A stretch of 63,099 nt of DNA, counting the filler, from Reclinomonas americana ATCC 50394 (lineage: Eukaryota), in the NCBI GenBank assembly GCA_048213135.1. It is 4 parts of 3 records of this genome, joined end to end, with 100 filler letters (N's around TTAATTAATTAA, not from the genome) between each part and the next. Parts side by side here need not be neighbours in the genome. Positions count along the whole stretch, not along the records: positions 16,021 to 39,497 come from PS015235.1; 3 more parts are not named here. One strand, written 5' to 3'. Numbering within the stretch: the stretch's first letter is position 1; each line of letters opens with the position of its first letter. This document shows, piece by piece, positions 24,397 to 36,914 of this stretch. A program made the translations under genes and the position numbers. The notes beneath the pieces are model-generated. The model was not told where the DNA came from. It ran no database searches and worked only from the letters and a program-made list of their open reading frames with translations.

Positions 24397-25755
24397 GTGA
24401 GGGGGAAATACGGGGAGGGGAGGGAGGAGAAGGGAGGAGAAGGAGAAGACAAGCAGAGCGTGGAGAAGAAATGAAACAGGGAAAGGGGGAGAAGAAGAGG
24501 AAGAGGGAGGCGGAAAGGGAGGAGACGTCGAGAAGAAGAAGAAGCTGGCGAAGAAAAGAGTGAGAAGGGAATGTGAGACTGAGACACGAAGAGAGAGACA
24601 GAAAGGTGAACTATCACAGACAGGCAGAAAGAGCGAGAGAGAGTGAGTGAGTGTGTGAGTGAGTGAGTGTGTGTGTGAGAGAGAGAGAGAGAGAGATGTA
24701 TGTTGGGAGGAGTGGGAGCGTGGCTGAGGCGAGAAAGGAGAGAGAGGCAGTGAGAGAAAGATTGCGAGAAGAGAGAGAGAGAGAGAATTTGAGCCAAGGA
24801 AAAGGCGGAGAGGGTGTCGCTCTCTCGCGGTGTCGTATTATTTGTCTGGGTGCGAGTGGAGAAAGTGCTTGCCAGTGTTCNNNNNNNNNNNNNNNNNNNN
24901 NNNNNNNNNNNNNNNNNNNNNNNNNNNNNNNNNNNNNNNNNNNNNNNNNNNNNNNNNNNNNNNNNNNNNNNNNNNNNNNNNNNNNNNNNNNNNNNNNNNN
25001 NNNNNNNNNNNNNNNNNNNNNNNNNNNNNNNNNNNNNNNNNNNNNNNNNNNNNNNNNNNNNNNNNNNNNNNNNNNNNNNNNNNNNNNNNNNNNNNNNNNN
25101 NNNNNNNNNNNNNNNNNNNNNNNNNNNNNNNNNNNNNNNNNNNNNNNNNNNNNNNNNNNNNNNNNNNNNNNNNNNNNNNNNNNNNNNNNNNNNNNNNNNN
25201 NNNNNNNNNNNNNNNNNNNNNNNNTTGATCACGCAGGGAGTGTCTTCATGACCAACCATTGCTTCCAACGGAGTGTGCATGGGGAGTAACCAATTCGCTC
25301 GTCCTTTCACAAGAACACAAACAAAAACGAGGCCGAAAAGCGAATGATCCTCCTCGTTTGCACTCAATTTTGGAATTCGGCGTCGTGGTTTCTCTTGCAG
25401 CAACGCCAGTATTAGCCATCTCGACTTAATCTCGTTTTTCCGTGATGTCTGAGTTTCTGGTTCTCCCTCAAGATGGTGATCATCATGAAGCTATGTTGCT
25501 GTTTGGATCCGGAAAGTTGTTGTTGTTGTTGTTGCAAAATCCATGTTGCCTACGCAAAAAGGAGTCATAAACGTCGCGACGTCGACGTCACACGTGCAAT
25601 AATGACCGCTTTCTTCAACAAGCACTCATAGCAAGCAGGAGAAGTCGCTTTATCCTCCGTCACCCTTCACAAACACGACCCCATTCTCGAAAAAACTGCA
25701 GGACTTCGAACAAGCTTGAGTCCAATCACAATCGTGCTTGTGAGCGGACAACAAG

Positions 25756-25928
25756 ATGGGCGATGAGCGTGTCTTGGCCGCGGCCATGGGCATCATCGCT
25801 GAGAACCATGCCTGTGGTATTACAGAAGGCAAACTGATGCACGTGCTGCGGGTGAGCAAAAAAAAAAGAGAGAGAAATGAGAAAGAATAGAAAGGAAGAG
25901 AAAGAAAGAGAGAGAGAGAGAGAGAAAG

Positions 25929-25971
<43 letters not shown>

Positions 25972-28900
25972 AGAACGNNNNNNNNNNNNNNNNNNNNNNN
26001 NNNNNNNNNNNNNNNNNNNNNNNNNNNNNNNNNNNNNNNNNNNNNNNNNNNNNNNNNNNNNNNNNNNNNNNNNNNNNNNNNNNNNNNNNNNNNNNNNNNN
26101 NNNNNNNNNNNNNNNNNNNNNNNNNNNNNNNNNNNNNNNNNNNNNNNNNNNNNNNNNNNNNNNNNNNNNNNNNNNNNNNNNNNNNNNNNNNNNNNNNNNN
26201 NNNNNNNNNNNNNNNNNNNNNNNNNNNNNNNNNNNNNNNNNNNNNNNNNNNNNNNNNNNNNNNNNNNNNNNNNNNNNNNNNNNNNNNNNNNNNNNNNNNN
26301 NNNNNNNNNNNNNNNNNNNNNNNNNNNNNNNNNNNNNNNNNNNNNNNNNNNNNNNNNNNNNNNNNNNNNNNNNNNNNNNNNNAGGAGCGCCTTCCCGGTC
26401 TGTGTCCTCGACAACCTGCCGTTCGCGCGCTTTTACATGGCCGCGCTGCGCGACAGGTGACGCGCTCGGAGGAGATCAAATCAAAGTACTTTTTATTGTG
26501 AGTGTGTGTTTTGTTGCATACGTCAGCAATGGTGTCAGTGTGTGTGTGTGTGTGTGAGGGGCGAGAAATGGATCCAGGATAGTGTGGAACCCTCTTTATT
26601 CTCCTCTCCCCTCTTCCTCCTGTGTTCTTTCATTCGTATTCTGCGTCCCTCTTCTCTTGCTTTTTTTCTGTCTTCCTCTTCTTCCTCTTCCTCTTCCTCT
26701 TCTTCCTCCTGCTCCTCCTCCTCCTCCTCCTCCTCTTCTTCTTCCTCCTCGTTCTCTTCCTTCTTTCCTGCTCTTTGTTCTTCTGATCCTTGATCTTCTC
26801 TTCCTTCTCTTCCTCCTCTTCCTCCTCTTCCTCTTCTCCTGCCCCCTTTTTCCTCCTTCAACGTGGACGAGAAGACCCAGAAGATGATCTTGTCCTTGCG
26901 TTTCATCTGATTCTTCTTCTCTTCCTCATCCTTCTTCTCGTTCTCTTCCTCCTCTTCCTGCCCCTCAACGAATTGTCGCCCTCTTGTTCTTCTTGTTCTC
27001 CGTTGTCGTTGCTTTACTGCTTTGTTGTTGCTGTTTTTGTCGTTCTTCTTCTTTTTCTATATCATCTTCTCCTCCACTCCTCCTCCGCCGCCTCCTCCTC
27101 TTCTTCTTGATTTTCTTCCCCGCGGACAAGAAGAAGAAGAAGATCTTGTCCTCGTGTTTCATCTGCTTCTTCTCCTCGTCTTCCCGCTCCCTAACCCTCG
27201 TCGCCTTCTTGTGCTTCTTGTTCTCCGTTGTCGTTGCTTTACTGCTTTGTTGTTGCTGTTGTTCTTCATCTTCTTGATCATCTTGTTCTTCATCGGCATC
27301 CTCTCCTTCGCGTCCTCCTCCTTCTCGCTCTTCTCAGCTCCTTTCCCTCGCTCTCGCCGTTCCTCCACCTCCTCCTCCTCTTCCTTCNNNNNNNNNNNNN
27401 NNNNNNNNNNNNNNNNNNNNNNNNNNNNNNNNNNNNNNNNNNNNNNNNNNNNNNNNNNNNNNNNNNNNNNNNNNNNNNNNNNNNNNNNNNNNNNNNNNNN
27501 NNNNNNNNNNNNNNNNNNNNNNNNNNNNNNNNNNNNNNNNNNNNNNNNNNNNNNNNNNNNNNNNNNNNNNNNNNNNNNNNNNNNNNNNNNNNNNNNNNNN
27601 NNNNNNNNNNNNNNNNNNNNNNNNNNNNNNNNNNNNNNNNNNNNNNNNNNNNNNNNNNNNNNNNNNNNNNNNNTCTCTCTCTCTCTCTCTCTCTTTCTTT
27701 CTTCTTCTTCTTCTTCCCCCTCCTCACCCTTTCCCTTTAACCCCTCCTCGCAGCGCCCGCTCCAGCGGCACTTGGGGATCGTGGCCCGGTTGCAACACCC
27801 TGTTCTGCGAGTACTTGCCACTCAGCGTCCAAAGCGAGCGACAAATCACCTCTCTGTGGCCGGCGGCCACGCGCGTCAAGGCACTTATGCACAACGCTCT
27901 CCGTGGATCTTAACCGTCTTTTTCACTCGCTTTCCCTCAAACAGTTCCTCTCGCTGGATCGAGGAAGGGTGGTCCGCGCCGCACTCATCACCTTCCGCAC
28001 CGTGCAAGATGCTGAGCAAGTGTTGCTCTCCTACACCGGCATGCAACTGGACGACACCTCGTCGGGCATCGCCCTCCAGTACGCTCGGTTTGCGCCCGCC
28101 GTCGAGCCGCCGCAGATGCAAGTTTCGTTTGCATGTGCTTTCCTGGTGGTGGATCTGCGCGTTACCTAACTTGAGCGGTCGTGCAGGTCAGCGCCATTAT
28201 GCAGCGCGACAAATCCGCGCCTGCGGAGGAGGTGCCGGCGAGTGAGGTCAGCTTTTTCTCCTCCAGTCTTGCCGACGTCCAGAAAACTCACAGACTGTGC
28301 GATGCAGACGCCGCCAGTGGACGTATCCACCACCGCCACCACCGCCACCACCACCACCACTGCCACTGCCGCCGCTCCTCCTCCCGCCCCCGCGCCTGCT
28401 CGTCCTCCGTACAGCGTTCCATTCTTTTTCCCTCCTCCACGTGCGCCGCTTGCAGCTTCTGTACTGCAAGCGCCTCCTTTCTACCCTTCGGCTGCTGCAC
28501 CGCCGACTGCCACCACCACCACCACCACCACCACTACGACGACGACGACGGTTTGTCGACCCCACGTTGTTGAATGTTCACGCATTCTTTGGCTCACACT
28601 TTTTCTCGCTGCTGGCAGCAACCGGTGTCCACTGCAGCCGCGGTATGAACTCCTTGCGTGTGCATTTGTGAGGTGGCTGGAACACTCACTGTTTTCGCTT
28701 CACAGCCGAGTGCGCCGCCAACCACGCAGGTTTCCATGCTTTCGCGTTGCAGCCTTGTATTCTCGTCAACCCACTGATTGTGCGCGTACATTGCAGTCCA
28801 AGACGGTGCTGCGTCCAGTCAGCCGCCCACCCATTGTGCGTGTTCATTTGTCATCCCACGCGAGGCTGTGCATTTTGCGTCTCATTGTTAGGACCATGCA

Positions 28901-31900
28901 GGACCCATCGCCACGCATGACCGAGTCGCAGCGTTCGTGGCTGCGCAATGTTCCCGGATTGGCTTCTTCAGCTGGGCCATCGTCGCGGGTGAATGCCGAC
29001 CGAAGCACATGGATCTCTTCTTCGTCACCGTCCCTCACATATCCTACAGCCATCGTCGTCGTCGTCGTCGTCTACAACCGCGCGTGGTCAGCGTCTCACT
29101 CTGCTGGACAAGGTCAGCGTGTCGAGTTTCTCGCGCATCTCGATCTCTCGCCCACCTCATTCGCCCCACAGCTCCCGCCAGAAATGGTCCAGGAGTGCCT
29201 GTCGTTCTTGGACCAGTACGAGTTCCAGCGTCTGTGGCGCACCTCGCAGCAGATCTGCTACTTTTTCGAGGAGGCCATGTACGAGTTTGTTATTCCAGCC
29301 GAGAACTGCCCGACCGAGGTCATGGCCCGGATCCTCGACACGCTGCCGAATCTGCACTGTCTGCGAAGTGCGTCCGCCGTGTGAGCATAAGCGACTTGCG
29401 ACGTTAGCGCTCACGAAGTGCAATTGCAGTGCGAGACATGCCGACTGGCGAGGGAGTGGAACTGGTGACAGTGGCCGCTCGTTTGCCACGACTCGAGCGT
29501 CTCGATCTTGTTCCGTGCTATCAATCCGCAACTCTTTTTTTTTATCACTTTGAGACTCACGTCTCCTCCACAGGGAGTGTTGGATGGATCTGAACTGCTT
29601 GACGCGCTCACGTCGCAAACTGATGATGCCTTCTGGCGGCGATTGCGCGAGCTCCGGCTGTGGGGTTCGCGTCTTCGTGTCTTCGTATCACCGCACATTG
29701 TGACCGATTTTCTCAACCGCCTCTCATCATCCAGGAATCTCTTCCGTTGACACAAACGACGTGCTGCGGTACTTGACGATTCGAGCGAGCCTGCTCGGCA
29801 AACTGGAGACATTCTCGCTCTTGGAGCCTCCAGAGGCATTTGGCGAGCGCCGCGAATGTGCGCCTTGGATCGAGTTCCTCCGCGCTGTGCCACATCTGCG
29901 TTCATTGCGTGTTGCGGTGTGTTCCTGTTCCCATTATGATGCCCACGGCACTCGCTGTGTTGTGACATCCACCGCTGCGCTGTGTGACCAGAATGTGCCC
30001 GGAGGTGCCGAGGATGATGAAGAAGGGTTGTACTCGTCGATGTTGTCGACCACGCTGTCACTGCCGAATCTGGAGGAGCTGCACTTGACACGTGAGTGCT
30101 GGTGGTCGTGCCATAGGAGGGAAAAATGTGGGGGGGCTGTCTCGTAATAATTGATGTTTTGTCGCAGGCTGGGATTTGTCATCGAAAATGGTTGACGATT
30201 TGTGCGATTACCTCTCAGTAGGCTGCAAGCTGACGACGCTTTCGATCGCGGTGCGTGATGTGGGCGATGGTGCATGGAGGAGATGGTGGGGGATTGATTA
30301 GAACAGCGATGCAGACTGCATTCTTGTTGTTTCCATATCTCACCTTCCTCCTGACCCATGCTGCAGTCTTGCTTGGTCACTCTCACTTTTCTTTTCCGTC
30401 TTCCCCTTCCGTCTTACCGCCTTCCATCTTCCTCCCTTTACGTCTTCCCTCCTTCCGTCTTCCCTCTTTCCGTCTTCCCTTCCGTCTTCCCTCCCTTCTA
30501 TCTTCTCACTTCCCCCTTCCCCCTTTCCCTCTTCCCCTTCCGTCCTCCTTCCTCCAGTCTTCCCTCCCCTTCCGTCTTCCTCCTTCTCCTCACCGTCCCT
30601 TCTCTTCCCCCCTTTCCCCCCATTCCCGCTTCCCGTCTCCCCTCTTCCGTCTTCTCCCCTTCTATCTTCCCCCTTCCGTCTTCCCCCTTCTGTCTTCCCC
30701 CTTCCGTCTTCCCCACTTCTGCCTCCCCCTTTCGTCTCTCTCTTTCCCCCTTTCTCCTCTTCTCACTCCCCCCTTCGTCTTCCCCCTTCCGTCTTCTCCC
30801 CTTCCGTCTTCCCCCCTTCTGTCTTCCTCCTTCCGTCACCCCCTTCTGTCTTTCCCCCTTCTGTCTTCCCCCCTTCCGTCTTCTCCCTTCCATCTTCTCC
30901 CTTTCCTCTGTCTCCCCTTTCCGTCTCTCTCTTTCCCCCTTTCTCCTCTTCTCACTTCCCCCCTTCGTCTTCCCCCTTCCGTTTTCTCTCTTCTGTCTTC
31001 TCCCTTCCCCCTTCTCCCCTCCCCCTTCTCCCCTTCCCTCTTTTCCCGCTTCTCCCCCTTCCCCCCATTTCCGTCTTTTCCCCTTGTGACTTCTTCCTTC
31101 CGTCCTCCCCTTCTGTCTTCTCCCCTTCTGTCTTCCCCCCATTCCGTCTTTCCCCCTTCGCCCTTTCCCCCCTCTCCCCCTTTCCCCTCCCCTTCCCCCT
31201 TTCTTCCTTTNNNNNNNNNNNNNNNNNNNNNNNNNNNNNNNNNNNNNNNNNNNNNNNNNNNNNNNNNNNNNNNNNNNNNNNNNNNNNNNNNNNNNNNNNN
31301 NNNNNNNNNNNNNNNNNNNNNNNNNNNNNNNNNNNNNNNNNNNNNNNNNNNNNNNNNNNNNNNNNNNNNNNNNNNNNNNNNNNNNNNNNNNNNNNNNNNN
31401 NNNNNNNNNNNNNNNNNNNNNNNNNNNNNNNNNNNNNNNNNNNNNNNNNNNNNNTCCCCTTTTTGCAGCCATTCCCGGTCGACGGCGCCGAGCTCCTCGT
31501 CGATGCCATTCACCACTGCGATACACTCCGCTCGCTCTACGTCGCCGTCGACTTGGACACCTCGTGGCCGCAGTCGCTAGCCAATGTGGTGGCCACGCAC
31601 CCAAGCATCACCAAGTTCACCGTGGAGGGCGGCGAGATCTCGTTCGATGTCCTGAAGCGCCTGCTGACCGCCCCTCGACTGGAGAAGCTCACCTTGGCCT
31701 CTGTTGACAGTTGCGAGTGCAGCGTGAACAACGTGTGCTTGCTGATACTCATTTGCCGATCCCACCCCCCTCACCTAGCTCACGACGCGTTTTCCGCGCG
31801 GGATCGAAAGTTGTGTGTGTACTGCACTCGTTTTGTTTCTCTTGATCATATATTCTCACATGTGGGTGTGTGATTACGGCAGTCGTCAATTTTTGCTCCC

Positions 31901-33076
31901 GAATGCACTTCGCCGCGGCTCGAAGAGCGGGGTGGTGCTGAAGGATTTTGAAGTCCTTGGTGAGTGCAACAATTGCTGCATTCGTCTGCCGATGCAGCTG
32001 CTTACCCACTCGGCGAATCCAGACTGGGAGCGCGGATCAAACCTCGATGACCTGTACGCGCTGTTCATGGCCGTCGTCAGGTCGAATGCTCTTCGACGCT
32101 TTGCGTTTGCAGGTGCACTTGTTTTGTCTCTTTCTGTCACCTTTCCTCGCTCCCGCTTAAGCAAACAAACTGGGGCGTTGCTGTGCACAGCTCGCATTGG
32201 TACCGAGGTACCTGATCGCCGCGTGCTTGGTGAGTGTGCACTGTGCGCCAACTTTGTCCACATCTCCCCCCTCCATCTCCGTTCACATACCGCGCGCTCG
32301 TATACGTAACAGAATTCTTTGAGAAACTCGATGGCAACCTGACGCTGGAAGAGCTCGTGATGTTCAACGTCGTAGCGCTGGAGAAGCCGGAGGCGGATTA
32401 TATGGCGCAGATGATCTGCTGCGGGCAACACAGTCTGCGCCGCCTGCAGTTGACGCCGGTCGGATCTGTGCCGGCCACCACCAAGTTCCTGCAGGGCATG
32501 AAGGACAGGTATCGCGGTGGACCGTTGGAGCTCGTGGCGTCGTCGGATGTCGCCAGTCTGCAAGGCAGCAACGGTACTCATGTCGCCTTTGGTCCGATCC
32601 GCTGTGACTGCAGAGGGTGCTGAATGCATTTGTTTGGATACAGCTCGACAGTTGGCGAAGCTTGCCAGGTCGATGCAGATTGAGAACCCCAATTTGGTGG
32701 TTCGTGCAATCAACACCCCGCCGGAATACAGCGATGAGTGGGACGTTAACGCGTGGTTTGTCAGCGACTTTGGTGGTGCGTGGCGGACACTCGTTGCGAT
32801 GTACATGGTTGTTTTGTGCTTGCAGTGCGTCATTGTCGTTGTGTGTGTGTGCGCGCAGATGACGACGAGGAAGAGGAGGAGGAAGAGCAGCGGCTACAGC
32901 TGCCGCCGATGCCGCTGCCGATACCGCCGCATCCTCACCATCACCACCACCATCATCAGCTGAGGATTCTGGAAGTGGTGGACTTGGACGTATTCCTTGG
33001 CATCATGATGCAATCCAATCGCTACTTGCGACAGATGCAGCGCCAACTGAATCCGCATCGGCGCAACTGGTTCTGA
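25756..33076 (+). CDS. RRM + Thr/Pro/Ser linker + F-box + RNI-like LRR protein (single spliced gene model)
   Basis: RRM: CNTLFCEHL...ALITFRTVQDAEQVL...GIALQYAR (27754-28121). F-box: LLDK|LPPEMVQECLSFLDQYEFQRLWRTSQQI (~29095-29260). LRR motifs LPNLHCL, LRELRL, VPHLRSLRV, LPNLEELHL, LRSLYV, LEKLTL, LRRLQL. Seven phase-0 exons connect the RRM and F-box without a stop. Acidic/His-rich C-terminus ends at 33076. Confidence 0.75.
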
Positions 33077-33779
33077 GGTGGTGAGGAGCGCATGTGAATT
33101 GCTGCTTCTTTGAGAGGCAAGCGTACGGTGCTGATCATGCTGCAACAGATGTTGCAATTGTATGTTCTGTGTACATGTATTATCATCAACAGAATTATTG
33201 CGCTGCGCGCTTGTTGGCGAATGAATGGAATCTGTTGCGACGAGACTTTGCGACGATCCCAGTGCATGTTGTACTCACACAACCGTGCGGTACTGCTTTT
33301 GAGCACACTATTTGCGCTACGAAATTCTTTTGATCATGAGACCAACACTAGTCTGGGTGGGCAGGGTGGGCTCCAAGAGCCAAAGAAGAGTGAAAACGAA
33401 CAGGACAACTGAAAGGCATTGGTGGTTCCTGGTCGTTTCTCACTCTGGAAACCTAAGTATACCAATCGGTAACTAGCGATTTGCCTCATGAAAGGGAAGA
33501 TGACTGTTGGAGAAGAGTAACTGTGTGTCTTGTTCATGGTTGGTGTGTCAAGGTCATTGTCGCGATCGGCAAGGGATATCTTGTTTGTTGCCTCGCCTGC
33601 TCGGTTCTTGTTTTGGCCATGCTTCGCACGTGCAGCGTCTAGAAAGATGCAGATACCAAGGCGCAAGGATCGTGCTCATGTATGCAGGTGCTGAGTCCAC
33701 ATGGCGCATGATGCACGCAGCGGTGGACGGGAAGCCGAAGTCTGTGAAGTCAGAGGACAACTCATTCCTTGTCTTCATT

Positions 33780-35273
33780 ATGGACGCGTGGATCATTGCA
33801 GCAGCGCACACCGCCGACTCTGTTCGTGCGTTCACAGATGCACAGCCTGCTCAAAGGCAACAACAACAACAACAACAACAGCAACATCAAGAACAGGAGC
33901 AGAGAGTGAGCAGCAATGTCAACAGTGATTTCGTGCAGTTGGTGGAGGCGCGTGAGAGGGCAGTGACGCGTGTGGTGCGACGTGTGCAACTGGTGGTGGA
34001 GCGTGTGCGGGCGGTGGGCTATCGTTGAGTGAGGAGGAGGGGAATGCGAGGGGAGAGGGAAAAGGAAAGAGCGCGTCACCTGTTTTTCAAAGAGAGGGAG
34101 GGAGGGAGAGAGAAAGAGAGAGAGAGAATGTGTGAGAGGCAGAGTGAGGCAGTGCAGTGAGAGGAAGTGATGATGGAGAGTGATTGAATCACAGAGAGAG
34201 AGGAGAGACAGGAGCGTTCCCTTGTTGTTTTCCCGTGCTTCTTCCCTGTACAACACTGAGAGGAAGCGAGAGAGGAGCGTGCTTCTTTGCTGTGNNNNNN
34301 NNNNNNNNNNNNNNTATCAGTGAGAGAAAGAAGAGCGATGCTATTCTTTGTTCCCTTGCGAGTGCGAGAGAGGAGCTTTGCCTCTTTGTATCAATCCTTC
34401 TCTCTGTGCATCACTTGGAGAGGAAGCGAGAGAGAAAGAAGAGCCTCTTCACCGTAAGAGCTTTCTCTTTTTTGTTCCTTCTTGTACCCGTGCACAGAGA
34501 GAGAGAGAGAGGAACTAGAGAGAGAAGCTTTGCCTCTTCGTCTCTCCATACTGCCTCCCTGCGTATCACTGAGAGAGGAAGCGAGGAAGAACGATTTCTC
34601 CAGAGTTGCTGTGACATGTTGAAGCTCACACAAACGCAACGAGAAAGGGAGAGAGAAGGAGAAGAGGAAAAAGGCAGCGCTTCTCATCTGCACGACACTG
34701 CCTTGCAGTCGGCTGTTGGGAAAGATGAGCACTGCCATTCTTTGTTCCCTCTTGCAGCGCAACCAGAGAGGGAGGCGCTTTACTTCTTCTTTCCTCTTCT
34801 TTTTCCGTGTCTGCCTCTGTGTTTTTATCTGTCAGTAAGTTTAAGAGATCTACCTGTGTTCGTCACGCCCTTGACCCATCACTTTTCTCTTCGCTCGTCC
34901 TCTTTCTCCCCACCCTCGTGCGTCTTCCCACCTCTCACTTCCCGTCATGCGCACAGGCCTGCTCTCCTCTCTCGTCGACGTGATGCACGCCGTCGCTCGC
35001 CACTTGCCCTCCACCACCTCGTGGTTGGTGGTAGATCGACTGCACGAACTCGTGCTGCGTCCGTGGGAGTGGCTGCGCGAGCGATTTGCGGCGCTGGCCA
35101 AAAGTGACACCGCCTCGCTGTGGTCGACAATGGCACTGACCGTGGCGGTGACGGTTGGTCTCGTGGCTTTGTGGCGAGCCAAGATCCGCCAGGCCAGCGA
35201 CAATCCGTTTGCGTATGATGGGAGATCGTTGCATGGAGTGGGAGCGAAAAGGCGCATGTCCATGATGAGATGA
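33780..35273 (+). CDS. Small two-exon membrane protein with poly-Q and a C-proximal TM helix, function unknown
   Basis: Exon 1 33780-34023 and exon 2 34957-35273 join in phase 1 (GT-AG intron 34024-34956). TM LWSTMALTVAVTVGLVALW is followed by a basic tail. Confidence 0.6.
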
Positions 35274-35314
35274 TCGTCCCGCACTGGCTGTGGCACGAAC
35301 AGACAGACAGTGTG

Positions 35315-35440
35315 CGAGCGCAGTGCGAGAGGCGATGGGTGCGATCACTGGGGGAAGGAGACCCTCGATGCCCGCTTCGTCGTCGAGGAGGCCGAGGCCA
35401 TGGTGCATCGGCGCACCGTGCACCCGGAGTCGCATTTAAT
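35315..35440 (+). pseudogene. Decayed 3' fragment of a WD40-array gene
   Basis: GCGAGAGGCGATG...GAAGGAGACCCTCGATGCC|CGCTTCGTCGTCGAGGAGGCCGAG...GAGTCGCATTT matches the array tail (GEGDPRC / FVVEEAEAMVHRRTVHPESHL). The LPEMV segment is deleted. Confidence 0.75.
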
Positions 35441-35624
35441 GATATGTGAGACCTTTTTCTCTTTTTTTCGCGTTCTCCCTCGTGGATTGTGAAGGTAAAA
35501 CGCAGTTGGGATGGAGTCTGGCAGGGTGTACGTGCTCCCTTCTGGCTACACCAGGATCACCTCTCACAGCGTCGACAAGGCGTCCGCGTCCTGTCATCTT
35601 TCTATTCCACTTGCGCGCACACAC

Positions 35625-36722
35625 ATGTCTCTCGCTCCTTCTCGGCCCTCTCTCCTCCCTTTCAAACCTCTGCTTGGGCACACAAATATAGTGATGTCCG
35701 TCACCGTCACTCCCGATGGCCGACACATCATCAGTGGGAGTTATGACAAGACCGTGCGTGTGTGGTTGCTGGCAAGAGGTGAGGAAGTGCGACGTTTGGA
35801 GGGCCACGCAGCGATGGTGGAATCTGTCGCCGTCACTCCTGACGGGAAGCACATCGTGAGCTGCTGCCGCGACTCAGCCATTGTGTGGTCGCTGGAGAGC
35901 GGAGAAGAGGTGCGACGATTGGAGGGACACACTGGTTGGGCGTGGTCCGTTGCCTTCACGCCCGACGGTCAACACGTTATCAGTGGAGGCAGTGACAAGA
36001 CTGTGCGTGTGTGGTCTTTGGCAAGTGGAGAAGAGGTGCGACGACTGGAGGGGCACACTGAATGGGTGAGGTCTGTCGCCGTCACTCCCACTGGTGAGTT
36101 CATTGTGAGTGGTAGCAATGATCGCACTGTACGAGTGTGGTCACTCGCGAGTGGCGAGGAGGTGCGACGATTGGAGATGCACAATGCAGTGGTGACGGTT
36201 GTTGTCACTCCCGATGGTGAGCACATTCTCGGTGGCAGTAGGGGAATTGTGCGAATGTGGTCACTGGCGAGCGGCGAGGAGGTACGAGAGCTGAAATTAC
36301 ACAGTGCATGGGTGCACGTGACATCACTTGCCATCACTCCTGACGAGCGGCACGTTGTGAGTGCGAGTTGGGATACCACAGTGCGAGTGTGGTCACTGGC
36401 GAGTGGAGAAGAAGTGCGACGGATGGAGGGGCACACCAGCCAGGTGTGGTGTGTCGCTGTCACTCCCGATGGTGAGCACGTTGTGAGTGGCGGCAAGGAC
36501 AACGCCGTGCGAGTGTGGTCCACTCCGTGCGGTCTCGCGCGCGAAGAGCTCCACACAGCGTTAGCTGTGATGTGCGCTGTTCAGGAGATGCAGCTGGCTG
36601 CTGACGACGAAGGTGACTCTCGATGCCTGCCAGAGATGGTGCTGCGCTGCTTCATTGTCGAGGATGCCGAGGTCATCGTGTATCGGCGCAGCGTAGACCC
36701 ATGGCCAGAGTCGCATTTGTGA
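35625..36722 (+). CDS. WD40 array copy 1: intronless 7-blade WD40 + conserved C-terminal tail (365 aa)
   Basis: MSLAPSRPS start, seven GH..V.SVAVTPDG..IVSG..D.TVRVWSL repeats, tail EEL..A..AMCAVQEMQL...CLPEMVLRCFIVE. Confidence 0.92.
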   Translation: MSLAPSRPSLLPFKPLLGHTNIVMSVTVTPDGRHIISGSYDKTVRVWLLARGEEVRRLEGHAAMVESVAVTPDGKHIVSCCRDSAIVWSLESGEEVRRLEGHTGWAWSVAFTPDGQHVISGGSDKTVRVWSLASGEEVRRLEGHTEWVRSVAVTPTGEFIVSGSNDRTVRVWSLASGEEVRRLEMHNAVVTVVVTPDGEHILGGSRGIVRMWSLASGEEVRELKLHSAWVHVTSLAITPDERHVVSASWDTTVRVWSLASGEEVRRMEGHTSQVWCVAVTPDGEHVVSGGKDNAVRVWSTPCGLAREELHTALAVMCAVQEMQLAADDEGDSRCLPEMVLRCFIVEDAEVIVYRRSVDPWPESHL

Positions 36723-36914
36723 ATAGTGAGTGAGTGTCTTGATTCTTTCTTTTTGTTCTCTCGTGGTGGTTTGTCAAGTAAAATGCAGTTGTGAAGGAGT
36801 CTGGCAGGATGCATGTTCCCTTCTGGCAGCTTTGCTCACAGCTTCGACAAGCGTCCGTGTCCCATAAAATCACCTTCGTTTTATTTCCACTTGCACGCCC
36901 TCACACCGTTCACC
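36723..36914 (+). promoter_or_regulatory. Conserved intergenic spacer of the WD40 array (candidate 3'-end/promoter signals), repeated between copies
   Basis: Motifs TTGTCAAGTAAAAATGCAG.TGTGAAGGAGTCTGGCAG and CTCACAGCGTCGACA...GTGTCCC recur in the ~190-240 nt spacers. Function is inferred from position only. Confidence 0.45.

Noticed and set aside
26770-27387. ~226-bp duplicated stretch that reads as a charged protein on the minus strand
   Set aside because: Lies within an intron of the RRM gene whose flanking exons join in phase; low complexity, with stops.
30255-31580. Long Pro/Ser/Phe/Leu ORFs
   Set aside because: CCTTCCGTCTT-type intronic satellite plus N-run read-through.
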